IMG/VR virus record: IMGVR_UViG_3300025674_000002
Source: a virus
Strand: one strand, 5' to 3'
DNA: 64,000 nucleotides
The position numbers were made by a program, and so were the translations under genes. How positions within the stretch are numbered: position 1 is the first letter of the stretch; every line of letters starts with the position of its first letter. Below the pieces are notes generated by a model. It was not told where the DNA came from. It did not search any database and saw nothing but the letters and a program-made list of their open reading frames with translations. Below are positions 16,347 to 23,866 of this stretch, in pieces.

Positions 16347-16409
16347 GGTACATCCCGGCAAAATATTTTCAAATCCGGGATGTACCACAAAACGAAAATA
16401 TGATATACT
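16347..16409 (+). promoter_or_regulatory. hairpin + class I promoter cassette C
   Basis: GGTACATCCCGG-CAAAATATTTTCAAAT-CCGGGATGTACC then N14 and TGATATACT. Confidence 0.55.
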
Positions 16410-16460
16410 GTACCTATCAGATCAATTGGTGATCTGGTTCAACGAAGGAGAAACACGACC

Positions 16461-16952
16461 ATGGCATCCCGAAATCAGAACCGCAAAGCGATGATTGCCA
16501 CCCCTCCCGTCGTCATGGAGACGCCGCCGGCCCCGACCAAGGTGGTCGATGATCTCGGCGTCGAGCGCGTCCAGGCCGACAACGGTCTCATGATCCCCCA
16601 GCCCATCCGGCGGGTCGGCCGAAGCGGGAACGTCCCGTGGCGTCGGAAGTTCTACGCTCTGAACCGCGAGGTGTTCGACGCGGCGGTCAAGGACAAGAGC
16701 ATCGGCAAGCTGCCCAACCAGGCCCAGCGCACCCTCTTCTGGATGCGCGACAAGATGGAACCGGGCATCGCGTACACCGGGCCGTTCATCCAGGAACATG
16801 CGATCGCCGACTCCTACGTCGTGTCGCGGATCGCACCGGCTTCCCTCTTCGCCTACTACCGCAAGAAGATGGAAGAGTTCGGCCTGACGCACGTCGAGGG
16901 CTACACGGCGCCGCCCGAGGCTGATGAAGACGGCGACGACGGCGAGGAGTAG
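16461..16952 (+). CDS. first-cistron family protein, copy 2 (winged-helix-like, acidic tail)
   Basis: GAAGGAGAAACACGACC ATG; paralog of 13602-14000; 5' UTR carries hairpin CAGATCA-ATTGG-TGATCTG. Confidence 0.7.
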   Translation: MASRNQNRKAMIATPPVVMETPPAPTKVVDDLGVERVQADNGLMIPQPIRRVGRSGNVPWRRKFYALNREVFDAAVKDKSIGKLPNQAQRTLFWMRDKMEPGIAYTGPFIQEHAIADSYVVSRIAPASLFAYYRKKMEEFGLTHVEGYTAPPEADEDGDDGEE

Positions 16953-17013
16953 GTCGAAACGCGGCTGGCTACGGTCGGCCGCGTCCTGCCGTAATGCGGC
17001 AGCTGATGAGACC
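16952..17013 (+). ncRNA. hammerhead ribozyme, type II (HHR-6)
   Basis: GGUC-GAAA-C-GCGGCUGGC(UACG)GUCGGCCGC-GUC-CUGCCG(UAAUG)CGGCAG-CUGAUGA-GACC; first G is the last base of the TAG stop; cleavage after C16985. Confidence 0.85.
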
Positions 17014-17027
17014 AAGGAGAGATGACC

Positions 17028-17276
17028 ATGACTGATGCAGAGATTGTGGATGGCTTCGCTAGCTTGCGCAACCATCTCCTGTTCCTTGCGCGGGACAAGG
17101 CTACCCAATTCGACGCACGCGTGGACAACGCGTCCCGGGCCATGGGCCGGTGCACCGACGCCACGACCAAGGACCAGTGGCGGAAGGTCTGGGAGGGCCT
17201 GGTCGACGAGCGGGCTGAGTTCGACGCGGTTCACCAAGAGCTGCGCAAGCTGGTTGATGCGGCTGCCGCACGGTGA
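17028..17276 (+). CDS. hypothetical protein
   Basis: AAGGAGAGATGACC ATG (17028 has the SD spacing seen at the other HHR-linked genes; ORF opens at 17022). Confidence 0.6.
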   Translation: MTDAEIVDGFASLRNHLLFLARDKATQFDARVDNASRAMGRCTDATTKDQWRKVWEGLVDERAEFDAVHQELRKLVDAAAAR

Positions 17277-17392
17277 AGCCGTTCATCGATATCTTCGGCA
17301 GGGTGTTGGCAGTCACCCTTGCCTTGTGCGCAGCCCCGTTCATCTTGGTTTTCGTAGCCAAGGTGTGGGACTTCGCTTTCTCTCTGCTGTGA
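17273..17392 (+). CDS. 39-aa membrane peptide
   Basis: GTG overlapping upstream TGA (GTGA); VKPFIDIFGRVLAVTLALCAAPFILVFVAKVWDFAFSLL. Confidence 0.4.
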   Translation: MKPFIDIFGRVLAVTLALCAAPFILVFVAKVWDFAFSLL

Positions 17393-17428
17393 AGGAGGCG
17401 CGTTAGCCAGACCACAGTACGAGCACAG

Positions 17429-17477
17429 CGCGCCTGGGTTCTCTCTCCCCCAGGCGCGTTGTCGTATTCTGTCTTGC
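17429..17477 (+). terminator. intrinsic terminator closing the ribozyme module
   Basis: CGCGCCTGGG-TTCTCTCTCC-CCCAGGCGCG then T-rich TTGTCGTATTCTGTCTT. Confidence 0.6.
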
Positions 17478-17770
17478 CGTGCCCTGCCTTGCCCAATGTG
17501 GGTGTCTTCGTAGCACTGTCAGACGATAGCAGGTCTCGGCTCACTGCACCTAGCCCAAGTTTCGCGGTCTTTGCTCCACTATCCACTCGCAGCCGTGCTC
17601 GGGCCTGGGGCCGGGCATGACGAGGGGTGGACCGAGGGCCGCGATCCCCGGATTTCCCAAAGTTGACCAAGTTCTGCCGCATTCTGACCAGGATTGGCTG
17701 GTAGCGAGGCGATTTTTACGGGGTGAGGTCCTGGGGCCGGTAGCTGGAAACAGCGGCACTTTGAAAATTG

Positions 17771-17828
17771 GATGTCGCACTAACATCCGGCCATCTATGG
17801 GACACCGAAGTGACAACAGTGTCACTGG
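17771..17828 (+). repeat. diverged third copy of the non-coding repeat
   Basis: GGATGTCGCACTAACATCCGG..GTGACAACAGTGTCACTGG shares AACATCCGG and the GTG.ACAA..CACTGG palindrome with copies at 13036 and 36986. Confidence 0.4.
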
Positions 17829-18369
17829 CGAGGCAAATCCGGACGGCGGGGGCAAGAAGAGACAATCCTTCCGGGAGTGTCAAGACCGGCAGTGTAAGCA
17901 TGAGGACTTGTCTGTCCTGTACTTAACCTATTGATCGGATTAAACAAGTTTTACCCTCTCGGTCTGAACTTAGTATACTTTCTTATATCTTTTTAAGCTT
18001 AAGACAGATGAATAATACAGTCCCAACACTCTGGTGTCATGTCGACCCTCTATAATTTACTATGATAAGTGGATATAAGAATACCATGTTACTATGGTAA
18101 CCTTAGGGTTATAGGTATTTTTATGTCAACGGTGTACTGCTCTTATATTGTCCATCCGGCCCCCGACCCCCGACTCATTCCACAAAACCCTAGGTCGTCG
18201 GTTGTATAAACCAGATCAATCACTTAAGCCGCCCGACCCCGGCCGGATGAGCAAGACCAATAGTCCACACATGCCCGGACTGCTAATAATATGGTGATAA
18301 CCGAATATTTCAATACTAGATTCTGGGCTCGGAAATTGCAGGTAAAATAAATTATCCATGGCCGTAAAA

Positions 18370-18404
18370 CCGAGATTACCGACTCCATTTTCTCGTGATA
18401 TAAT
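18370..18404 (+). promoter_or_regulatory. class I promoter
   Basis: CCGAGATTACCG-N14-TGATATAAT. Confidence 0.55.
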
Positions 18405-18436
18405 AGTGTGGTACCAACAATCTAGGAGAAACCACT

Positions 18437-19006
18437 GTGCCACCATCGTCCGGGATTATCGTTGATGCGGCAGATGTCGAGATCGACGATGGCAATACGT
18501 ATGAGAAGTATCCGTGGACCATGTTGCGGCCCGGCCAAATCTTCTTCCCAGCGAAGCAGAGAAGTCGAGCCCATGTGGAACTCCTCGTGAAGAACAGGAA
18601 CCACACGGAGCCACGGATCGGGATCGTATTCGCCGCCATTTCCACCAAGGATGGCAAGATCGGTATCCGGTGTTTGGAAGACACTGGAAACAATCCATCC
18701 AAGGGCCACTCCGTCTGCTTCTGGTGGAAGGAGTGTTTGGATCGGGGTTGGATCGTGGGTGGCGGCGGAACACCATGGCCACACGTCATGGCCAACGAGA
18801 GTATGTACGCCTCGTATAACTCGTACTGCACCGAGGTAGGACTCCACGCGAGGGCACATCGGGAAATGTTGATGGCGTGGGCCGACATCATTCCACCCAG
18901 CTACGGCGTGCGGACTCGGGACCTCGGGAATCGTTGGTCGAAGACGATACCGCCGCGTGAAGAAGCAGAGACTCATCTCCAGGTTATCACGAGAGGGCTG
19001 TACTGA
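18437..19006 (+). CDS. hypothetical protein
   Basis: 189-aa ORF, TAGGAGAAACCACT GTG. Confidence 0.6.
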   Translation: MPPSSGIIVDAADVEIDDGNTYEKYPWTMLRPGQIFFPAKQRSRAHVELLVKNRNHTEPRIGIVFAAISTKDGKIGIRCLEDTGNNPSKGHSVCFWWKECLDRGWIVGGGGTPWPHVMANESMYASYNSYCTEVGLHARAHREMLMAWADIIPPSYGVRTRDLGNRWSKTIPPREEAETHLQVITRGLY

Positions 19007-19800
19007 TGCAGAAGAAAAACCTGTGGATGCAGACGCAAGTCGACTCGCTCCTTCAATACCCACTGCTGCAGGTCAAGTGGGACCTCATCCCGCCCGGATA
19101 CCGCGCGGTCATCCACGACTGCAAGGACATCATGAGGGCGAACTCGATCGTCGAAGGCTACATGTACCGACATGAGCTGAGACCAGGGTTCCAGATGATG
19201 GTTACCTACGCGGGACCGGCCTTGGAGGAGGTCGCGTTCGCATGTCAGTTCCTTCCCGGAAAGACGCAGCTCGATTTTGATTGGGCCGCGTTGTATTCTA
19301 TGTACGGGTACCGGGGGAAGGACGTGAAGGGACGGCGAGGCGCGTCGAGACAGACCATCGGATTGTGGTGGCTGTGGAACGTGTTCACCGGCTCGGACGG
19401 TACCATCTTCCAGGAACTCGGAATGAAGACCACGATGGGTCAGTTGTTCCAGCACTACTTGACGTGGATGAGGGACTACACGGATCGGTACAACGAACGC
19501 GTTAAATGGGAGAGGGAGTTTCAGGACGTGGTGACTGAGATATGGCGTCGCCTTAGTTCTACTGTCGTTATCCTTACGCCATCGACAACGAAGCGTGTTG
19601 GTGAGGTGGCGGTCGCCGGGTTCGTCGCTGAGGAAGACTTCCTCGATTACGTGACCAACGTGGAGTTCACCGACACTGACACCATCGCCACGGTCACGGA
19701 GGAGTGGGTCTACTCCCACCACTACGACATACTCGAGAAGTACACGACCGGCTTCATCCGCCCTGACGAGGACAGCGACGACGATGACTACCCCGAGTGA
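19006..19800 (+). CDS. hypothetical protein with acidic C-terminus
   Basis: 264-aa ORF, ATG overlaps the upstream stop (TGATG). Confidence 0.6.
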   Translation: MQKKNLWMQTQVDSLLQYPLLQVKWDLIPPGYRAVIHDCKDIMRANSIVEGYMYRHELRPGFQMMVTYAGPALEEVAFACQFLPGKTQLDFDWAALYSMYGYRGKDVKGRRGASRQTIGLWWLWNVFTGSDGTIFQELGMKTTMGQLFQHYLTWMRDYTDRYNERVKWEREFQDVVTEIWRRLSSTVVILTPSTTKRVGEVAVAGFVAEEDFLDYVTNVEFTDTDTIATVTEEWVYSHHYDILEKYTTGFIRPDEDSDDDDYPE

Positions 19801-20362
19801 GGAATTCAAGGCTCGCCGACATGACCTGATCGAAAAGCGCATTAGCCAGCGCGAGAACGACCTTGACGGGTTCGGGTTTCTACGAGGCAAGGACCTGTAC
19901 GTGTACGTCGGGATGGACTACTATGCGCTGAAGTTCCGGCCTGAGATAATCCCGGCCCGGGACACTATCGTGGCGCACCCAGACCCAACGGTCACGCTCG
20001 CCTTATCGATGATCCAGACCGCTCTCGATGGCGGCATGGACGACCCATCGCGGACCGTGACGTATAGCAAGCTAGTGCTGGCCACGACCGCAGCGTGGGC
20101 GAACCATGTCGGGGTAGCGATATCCCCGAACAAGTGGCATGAGGCACCGCTCAGGCTCATGCTACGCCAGATGGGCCTGAAGGTGGAGAGCTATGACTTC
20201 GAGGTGGAAGGGAACCCAGCCTATCACCACAGCAAGCATGCATTGGACATCAAGAGGTCCGTCCGGCCTTTTGTCTATCCTACTATCCATGAAATATCCT
20301 GGGTAAATTATCGAAACGGAGTCGTGGACTCCATTGTTCCCTACGGAGGCGATATCAGATGA
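19784..20362 (+). CDS. hypothetical protein
   Basis: 192-aa ORF, 17-nt overlap with the upstream gene. Confidence 0.55.
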   Translation: MTTPSEEFKARRHDLIEKRISQRENDLDGFGFLRGKDLYVYVGMDYYALKFRPEIIPARDTIVAHPDPTVTLALSMIQTALDGGMDDPSRTVTYSKLVLATTAAWANHVGVAISPNKWHEAPLRLMLRQMGLKVESYDFEVEGNPAYHHSKHALDIKRSVRPFVYPTIHEISWVNYRNGVVDSIVPYGGDIR

Positions 20363-20703
20363 CCATGAGCAGATTTATCCGCGTTCCTACCGAGAATGGT
20401 GAGCGCATCATCAACCGCGATCACATCGTCGACATCCAGCCGGCCGAGCGTGGGAGGTCGTTGATGGCTCTCAGCACCGGCAAGTTCCTCATGGTGGAGC
20501 AGCCGTTCAACAAGTTCGTGACCAGCACGGATCAGCTCAGGAGGATCGCTAAAACCTCCGTATCGCTGGGGTCATGGATGTCGGCCGCGTTGGATGACCC
20601 AAACGTCTGCGCAGCCATGAAGCAGGACATCGTGAATTGGCTCGAGGCTATGGACTCGTGGGGTATATACAAATCCGCGATGACCGACCCGAAAAATTCA
20701 TGA
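20359..20703 (+). CDS. hypothetical protein
   Basis: 114-aa ORF, ATGA overlap with the upstream gene. Confidence 0.6.
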   Translation: MTMSRFIRVPTENGERIINRDHIVDIQPAERGRSLMALSTGKFLMVEQPFNKFVTSTDQLRRIAKTSVSLGSWMSAALDDPNVCAAMKQDIVNWLEAMDSWGIYKSAMTDPKNS

Positions 20704-20709
20704 TACAAT
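20675..20709 (+). promoter_or_regulatory. class I promoter (inside the 3' end of the upstream gene)
   Basis: CCGCGATGACCG-N14-TGATACAAT. Confidence 0.5.
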
Positions 20710-20734
20710 AATCGTACCGGATCAAACACCGGTC

Positions 20735-21055
20735 ATGGCAAAAGGGAAGTCCATGAGCAAGCTTACGTCGAAACTCCTGTCCTCTACCGCGATAGACATC
20801 CCCAGATCAAGGGTCATGGCTGTTGGCGGTGGTCGCGGACACGGGAAGACGCAAGCCCTCATGGAATTCCTCTATATGTATGGAGAGAGAAATGCCGATG
20901 AACGTCTCAGAACTGCTCGACCTGCCCAAGGCCGAACGCTCGAGGTACCTGCGAATGTTTCCCACGACGCGAACATTCGTCTTCCACTGCATGGAGCCGC
21001 ACGAGATACAATTCGTGAGGCGCATGATCACTCGGTACGGTGGCATCTATCGTGA
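20735..21055 (+). CDS. hypothetical ORF with P-loop-like GGGRGHGKT; the 3' part is probably not coding
   Basis: good G/C third positions only up to about 20815-20890; beyond that the 20892 frame has the coding signal. Confidence 0.3.
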   Translation: MAKGKSMSKLTSKLLSSTAIDIPRSRVMAVGGGRGHGKTQALMEFLYMYGERNADERLRTARPAQGRTLEVPANVSHDANIRLPLHGAARDTIREAHDHSVRWHLS

Positions 21056-21338
21056 GGTGTACTGCCGACCAGGCGTCTACTGGGTCGCCACCTTCCGGAC
21101 CCATCGCGCGAGGATCGAGTGCACCGCCGCTCTTGTGGCGTGGCTAAACAAGGCGCTTATGGCGACTCACGAGATGCACCGGTGCTTGACCGACGCCGAG
21201 ATCGAGGAGATGCGGTACACGTCGGAGAGCATCGCGCATACCGGTGATGTGCCCGCGATCAAATACGAGATCGTGAATGCCATCCAAATCCATGAGCCGG
21301 TTACAACGAAGACACCCAACCATCCGATCAAGGGATAA
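20892..21338 (+). CDS. hypothetical protein
   Basis: GGAGAGAGAA ATG; strong G/C third-position bias; ORF opens at TTG 20823. Confidence 0.55.
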   Translation: MPMNVSELLDLPKAERSRYLRMFPTTRTFVFHCMEPHEIQFVRRMITRYGGIYREVYCRPGVYWVATFRTHRARIECTAALVAWLNKALMATHEMHRCLTDAEIEEMRYTSESIAHTGDVPAIKYEIVNAIQIHEPVTTKTPNHPIKG

Positions 21339-21343
21339 CGAAC

Positions 21344-21847
21344 ATGACTAGCGTATCTTTCCTCCTGGATCACATGGTCGACCGGTACCACCGATTGGGG
21401 CTTCGGGATGAAGACTTCGCGGCAAGCGACGCTACCATCAGCAAGTACCAGGCTGGGAACCTTGACCGGCTTGCGGACTACTTGCTGGCCCTGCCCTCGG
21501 AAAAGGACAATAGGTTCAGCATGAGGTATATCATGCTGGACTTGGCTCATAACTACCCAGACACGAGACCAAAACCGATGCCTGAATGCAACGCTGTCGG
21601 CTGCGCATTGGGTCACGCACCATCGGCAGGTATCCCGTACGAGTCAGATGATTTCTGGCACACCATGGGACAGCGCGAGTTGGGTATCGAAGTGGACGTG
21701 TCCGATGGCGTACGCATCCACGGTTTGCTGTGGAACTACTGTTTCAAGGGTGCGTGGCACGAATACGACAACACTCCGGGCGGTGCCGGCAAGCGCATCA
21801 AGGAGTTCCTCATAATGGCCGAGAAGCACGGCCGCATCACGGAGTAA
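21344..21847 (+). CDS. hypothetical protein, CALGH-motif family, copy 1
   Basis: paralog of 22098-22595 (YQAGNL..LADYLLALP, PECNAVGCALGHAP, MGQRELG, W.YCF.G.WHE.DNTP.GAG.RIK.FL). Confidence 0.65.
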   Translation: MTSVSFLLDHMVDRYHRLGLRDEDFAASDATISKYQAGNLDRLADYLLALPSEKDNRFSMRYIMLDLAHNYPDTRPKPMPECNAVGCALGHAPSAGIPYESDDFWHTMGQRELGIEVDVSDGVRIHGLLWNYCFKGAWHEYDNTPGGAGKRIKEFLIMAEKHGRITE

Positions 21848-21852
21848 CGAAC

Positions 21853-22092
21853 ATGACTCTTTACTCCATGTTATTCGGTACGCCGGACAATTATCGGATC
21901 ACCGAGTCTGGCGGGCGCTTCTATCCCGAGTTTGAGCAGCGCCTGTTCGGCTTTACCATCTGGATGAACTTCGACGGTCCAATGCCGGAGTCACCGGAAC
22001 GGTTCAGCACCTTGGCCGAGGCCCGGGCGTTCATCGACGAGGTTCGCAAGAACCGGAAGAAGACAACCATCATTCACACCTACCAGGGATAA
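21853..22092 (+). CDS. hypothetical protein
   Basis: 79-aa ORF behind the TAACGAACATGACT junction. Confidence 0.55.
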   Translation: MTLYSMLFGTPDNYRITESGGRFYPEFEQRLFGFTIWMNFDGPMPESPERFSTLAEARAFIDEVRKNRKKTTIIHTYQG

Positions 22093-22097
22093 CGAAC

Positions 22098-22595
22098 ATG
22101 ACTAACGATTTTACGATGCATCACCGCATGATGCTCCGGTACCACAAAGAGGGTCTCACCCTCGAGGAATTCCGTGATATCGACGCCATCACGGAGTACC
22201 AGGCCGGCAACCTCGAGAAGCTCGCGGACTACCTGCTGGCTCTTCCCGAGGACTACGACAAGTTCAACATGAGCTACCTCATGTTCTACCTCGACGAGAT
22301 GAACGCGCGTGACTTCGTGGAGGAGTTGCCTGAGTGTGGCGCGGTTGCATGCGCGTTGGGTCATGCTCCGGCGGCCGGCGTCCCCTACAAAAAGGACGAG
22401 TACTGGACGCAGATGGGACAGCGCGAGCTTGGCCTGAACATGGACCCCGTTGGACAAAACTCGTACAGCATGGGCGTGATGTGGGACTACTGCTTCACCG
22501 GCTCGTGGCACGAGTTCGACAACACCCCACAAGGCGCCGGCCAGCGGATCAAGAACTTCCTGCTCCTGGCCCGCGAGGGAGGGTTCGTCCGTTGA
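22098..22595 (+). CDS. hypothetical protein, CALGH-motif family, copy 2
   Basis: paralog of 21344-21847. Confidence 0.65.
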   Translation: MTNDFTMHHRMMLRYHKEGLTLEEFRDIDAITEYQAGNLEKLADYLLALPEDYDKFNMSYLMFYLDEMNARDFVEELPECGAVACALGHAPAAGVPYKKDEYWTQMGQRELGLNMDPVGQNSYSMGVMWDYCFTGSWHEFDNTPQGAGQRIKNFLLLAREGGFVR

Positions 22596-22828
22596 ACAAC
22601 GACGTCCTCGAGAATTTCCGATATTGGTACGGTGCTCGCCGCCTTGATGGTGGCGAGGATCGGTTCGAGCGCATCTGTATAACCGAGTTCGAGAAGCTCG
22701 AGCGCGACGACCAGGTCGCGTTGGAATACTACTGTTCGCGCGGCGAGTACAGCAAGGGCCCTGACAACATGCTCAGGGCGATGTTCCGCACGATCAAGCT
22801 GCGGTTCAACAGAGGAGACCAGGAATGA
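22592..22828 (+). CDS. hypothetical protein (TTG start)
   Basis: TTGA overlap with the upstream stop; G/C-rich third positions. Confidence 0.45.
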   Translation: MNNDVLENFRYWYGARRLDGGEDRFERICITEFEKLERDDQVALEYYCSRGEYSKGPDNMLRAMFRTIKLRFNRGDQE

Positions 22829-23211
22829 CCACGCCAGAAGCAGCCGAGAAGTATGCAGCTGAGCATCTCCGCGAATGGGCGGACAAGGGCTATGCTGTGT
22901 ACAACCCGCACGAGAAGCCGATTGAAGAATTGCCGGTGATCTACGGCTTCAACAACGGCGGACGTCCGGGCTGGTACGCAGCCGTCGCTATCTCACAAGA
23001 TGGTACGGTCCTGGGTCAGCACGTGTGCTCGGCCGAGTGCTACATGCCTTATGATCTCGGCATCAACGAAGGCGCACGCCCCGACCGTCACGAGACCTTC
23101 CAGAAACACTACCCGGATGGGTATCGGATGGACTTCGTGCAGCATGATCATCCTGGTGTGGTTGAGGCGTGTCGGCTGAACTGTGAAAAGCATGGCGCGT
23201 CGGATAGTTAA
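22825..23211 (+). CDS. hypothetical protein
   Basis: 128-aa ORF, ATGA overlap. Confidence 0.6.
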   Translation: MTTPEAAEKYAAEHLREWADKGYAVYNPHEKPIEELPVIYGFNNGGRPGWYAAVAISQDGTVLGQHVCSAECYMPYDLGINEGARPDRHETFQKHYPDGYRMDFVQHDHPGVVEACRLNCEKHGASDS

Positions 23212-23215
23212 TCAA

Positions 23216-23250
23216 CCGAGATGACCGGCTTCAAAAATTCGTGATATAAT
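23216..23250 (+). promoter_or_regulatory. class I promoter
   Basis: CCGAGATGACCG-N14-TGATATAAT. Confidence 0.55.
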
Positions 23251-23300
23251 AGAATTGCCAGACCACACAGGTCATGGCCCGCGAACCAAGGAGAAACGAC

Positions 23301-23798
23301 GTGACGACAGGAAATCTGTCCCGTGCACATTTGCGCAACGCTTTGTTGGGCATGGAAGGCATGGTCTACGTGACGCCCAACAATCAGTACGGCGTGATGA
23401 TCGAGAACGAAGAAGCCAACGTCTGTACGTTCGGCCCCGGTATCGAATACATGGCGGGACCGTTCGCGACCAGCGAGATCGATACGGCGAAGCGCGAGGC
23501 GCTGTTCCGCGCCTATGTTCCGGAATACGGTTTCAAGGCGCTCGAGACGGCACCGAAGGACGACAGGATGCTTCGGCTCTTCGTCCTCCCCAACCAGGAT
23601 ATCACCGCCGGCAACACCTCGTTCGATGACTCGTACGATCCGTACTGGACGATCGGCTGGCAGCGCACCGACGAGTTACCGAATCCCAACAACCATTCGG
23701 AGACATGGAACGTCTGCGGCTGGTCCTGGTCCCAGGATACGTTCTGCAACGCGGCGGCCGGCTTCATCATCATCGGCTGGAAGAACTTCCACAACTAA
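23301..23798 (+). CDS. hypothetical Trp-rich protein
   Basis: ACCAAGGAGAAACGAC GTG (leader identical to other operon-first genes); ORF opens at 23274. Confidence 0.55.
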   Translation: MTTGNLSRAHLRNALLGMEGMVYVTPNNQYGVMIENEEANVCTFGPGIEYMAGPFATSEIDTAKREALFRAYVPEYGFKALETAPKDDRMLRLFVLPNQDITAGNTSFDDSYDPYWTIGWQRTDELPNPNNHSETWNVCGWSWSQDTFCNAAAGFIIIGWKNFHN

Positions 23799-23805
23799 CA
23801 TCGGC

Positions 23806-23833
23806 CCCCGGCCCTTGGGTCGGGGTTCTATTT
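23806..23833 (+). terminator. intrinsic terminator
   Basis: CCCCGGCC-CTTG-GGTCGGGG then TTCTATTT. Confidence 0.5.
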
Positions 23834-23866
23834 CAGTGCTACGAAGACACCGAACAAGGAGATGAG

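Noticed and set aside
16921-16929. Isolated hammerhead-core heptamers inside genes (CTGATGAAG at 16921, CTGACGAGGAC at 19763, CTGATGATG at 33935, CTGATGAAG at 35394, minus-strand CTGATGAGCG at 37832)
   Set aside because: None has a GAAA box, a GUC site and the three helices in the required arrangement; these are the chance occurrences expected in 64 kb.
13602-16952. Diversity-generating retroelement (template/variable repeat pair) as an explanation for the two paralogous genes
   Set aside because: The differences are spread over all codon positions and all bases, not restricted to adenines. The nucleotide identity is low, and no reverse transcriptase is present in the window.
14035-17013. 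Possible CRISPR array, suggested by repeated ~60-nt units spaced 400-900 nt apart
   Set aside because: The spacing is far too large and irregular. The 'spacers' are protein-coding genes with SDs. The repeats vary by compensatory changes around an invariant hammerhead core, which fits ribozymes and not CRISPR repeats.
13788-17237. Long minus-strand ORFs across the ribozyme module (13788-14555, 14577-15098, 15480-16160, 16422-17237)
   Set aside because: They run antisense through the plus-strand genes, the ribozymes and the promoters. The translations are Arg/Ser/Pro-rich and lack start contexts, whereas the plus-strand genes have consistent SD-start spacing.
18151-18242. attP-like core or integrase target suggested by the CATCCGGCC/GGCCGGATG inverted repeat
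   Set aside because: No integrase, excisionase or tRNA fragment is nearby, so the repeat alone cannot be called an attachment site. It is kept only as part of the non-coding-region finding.
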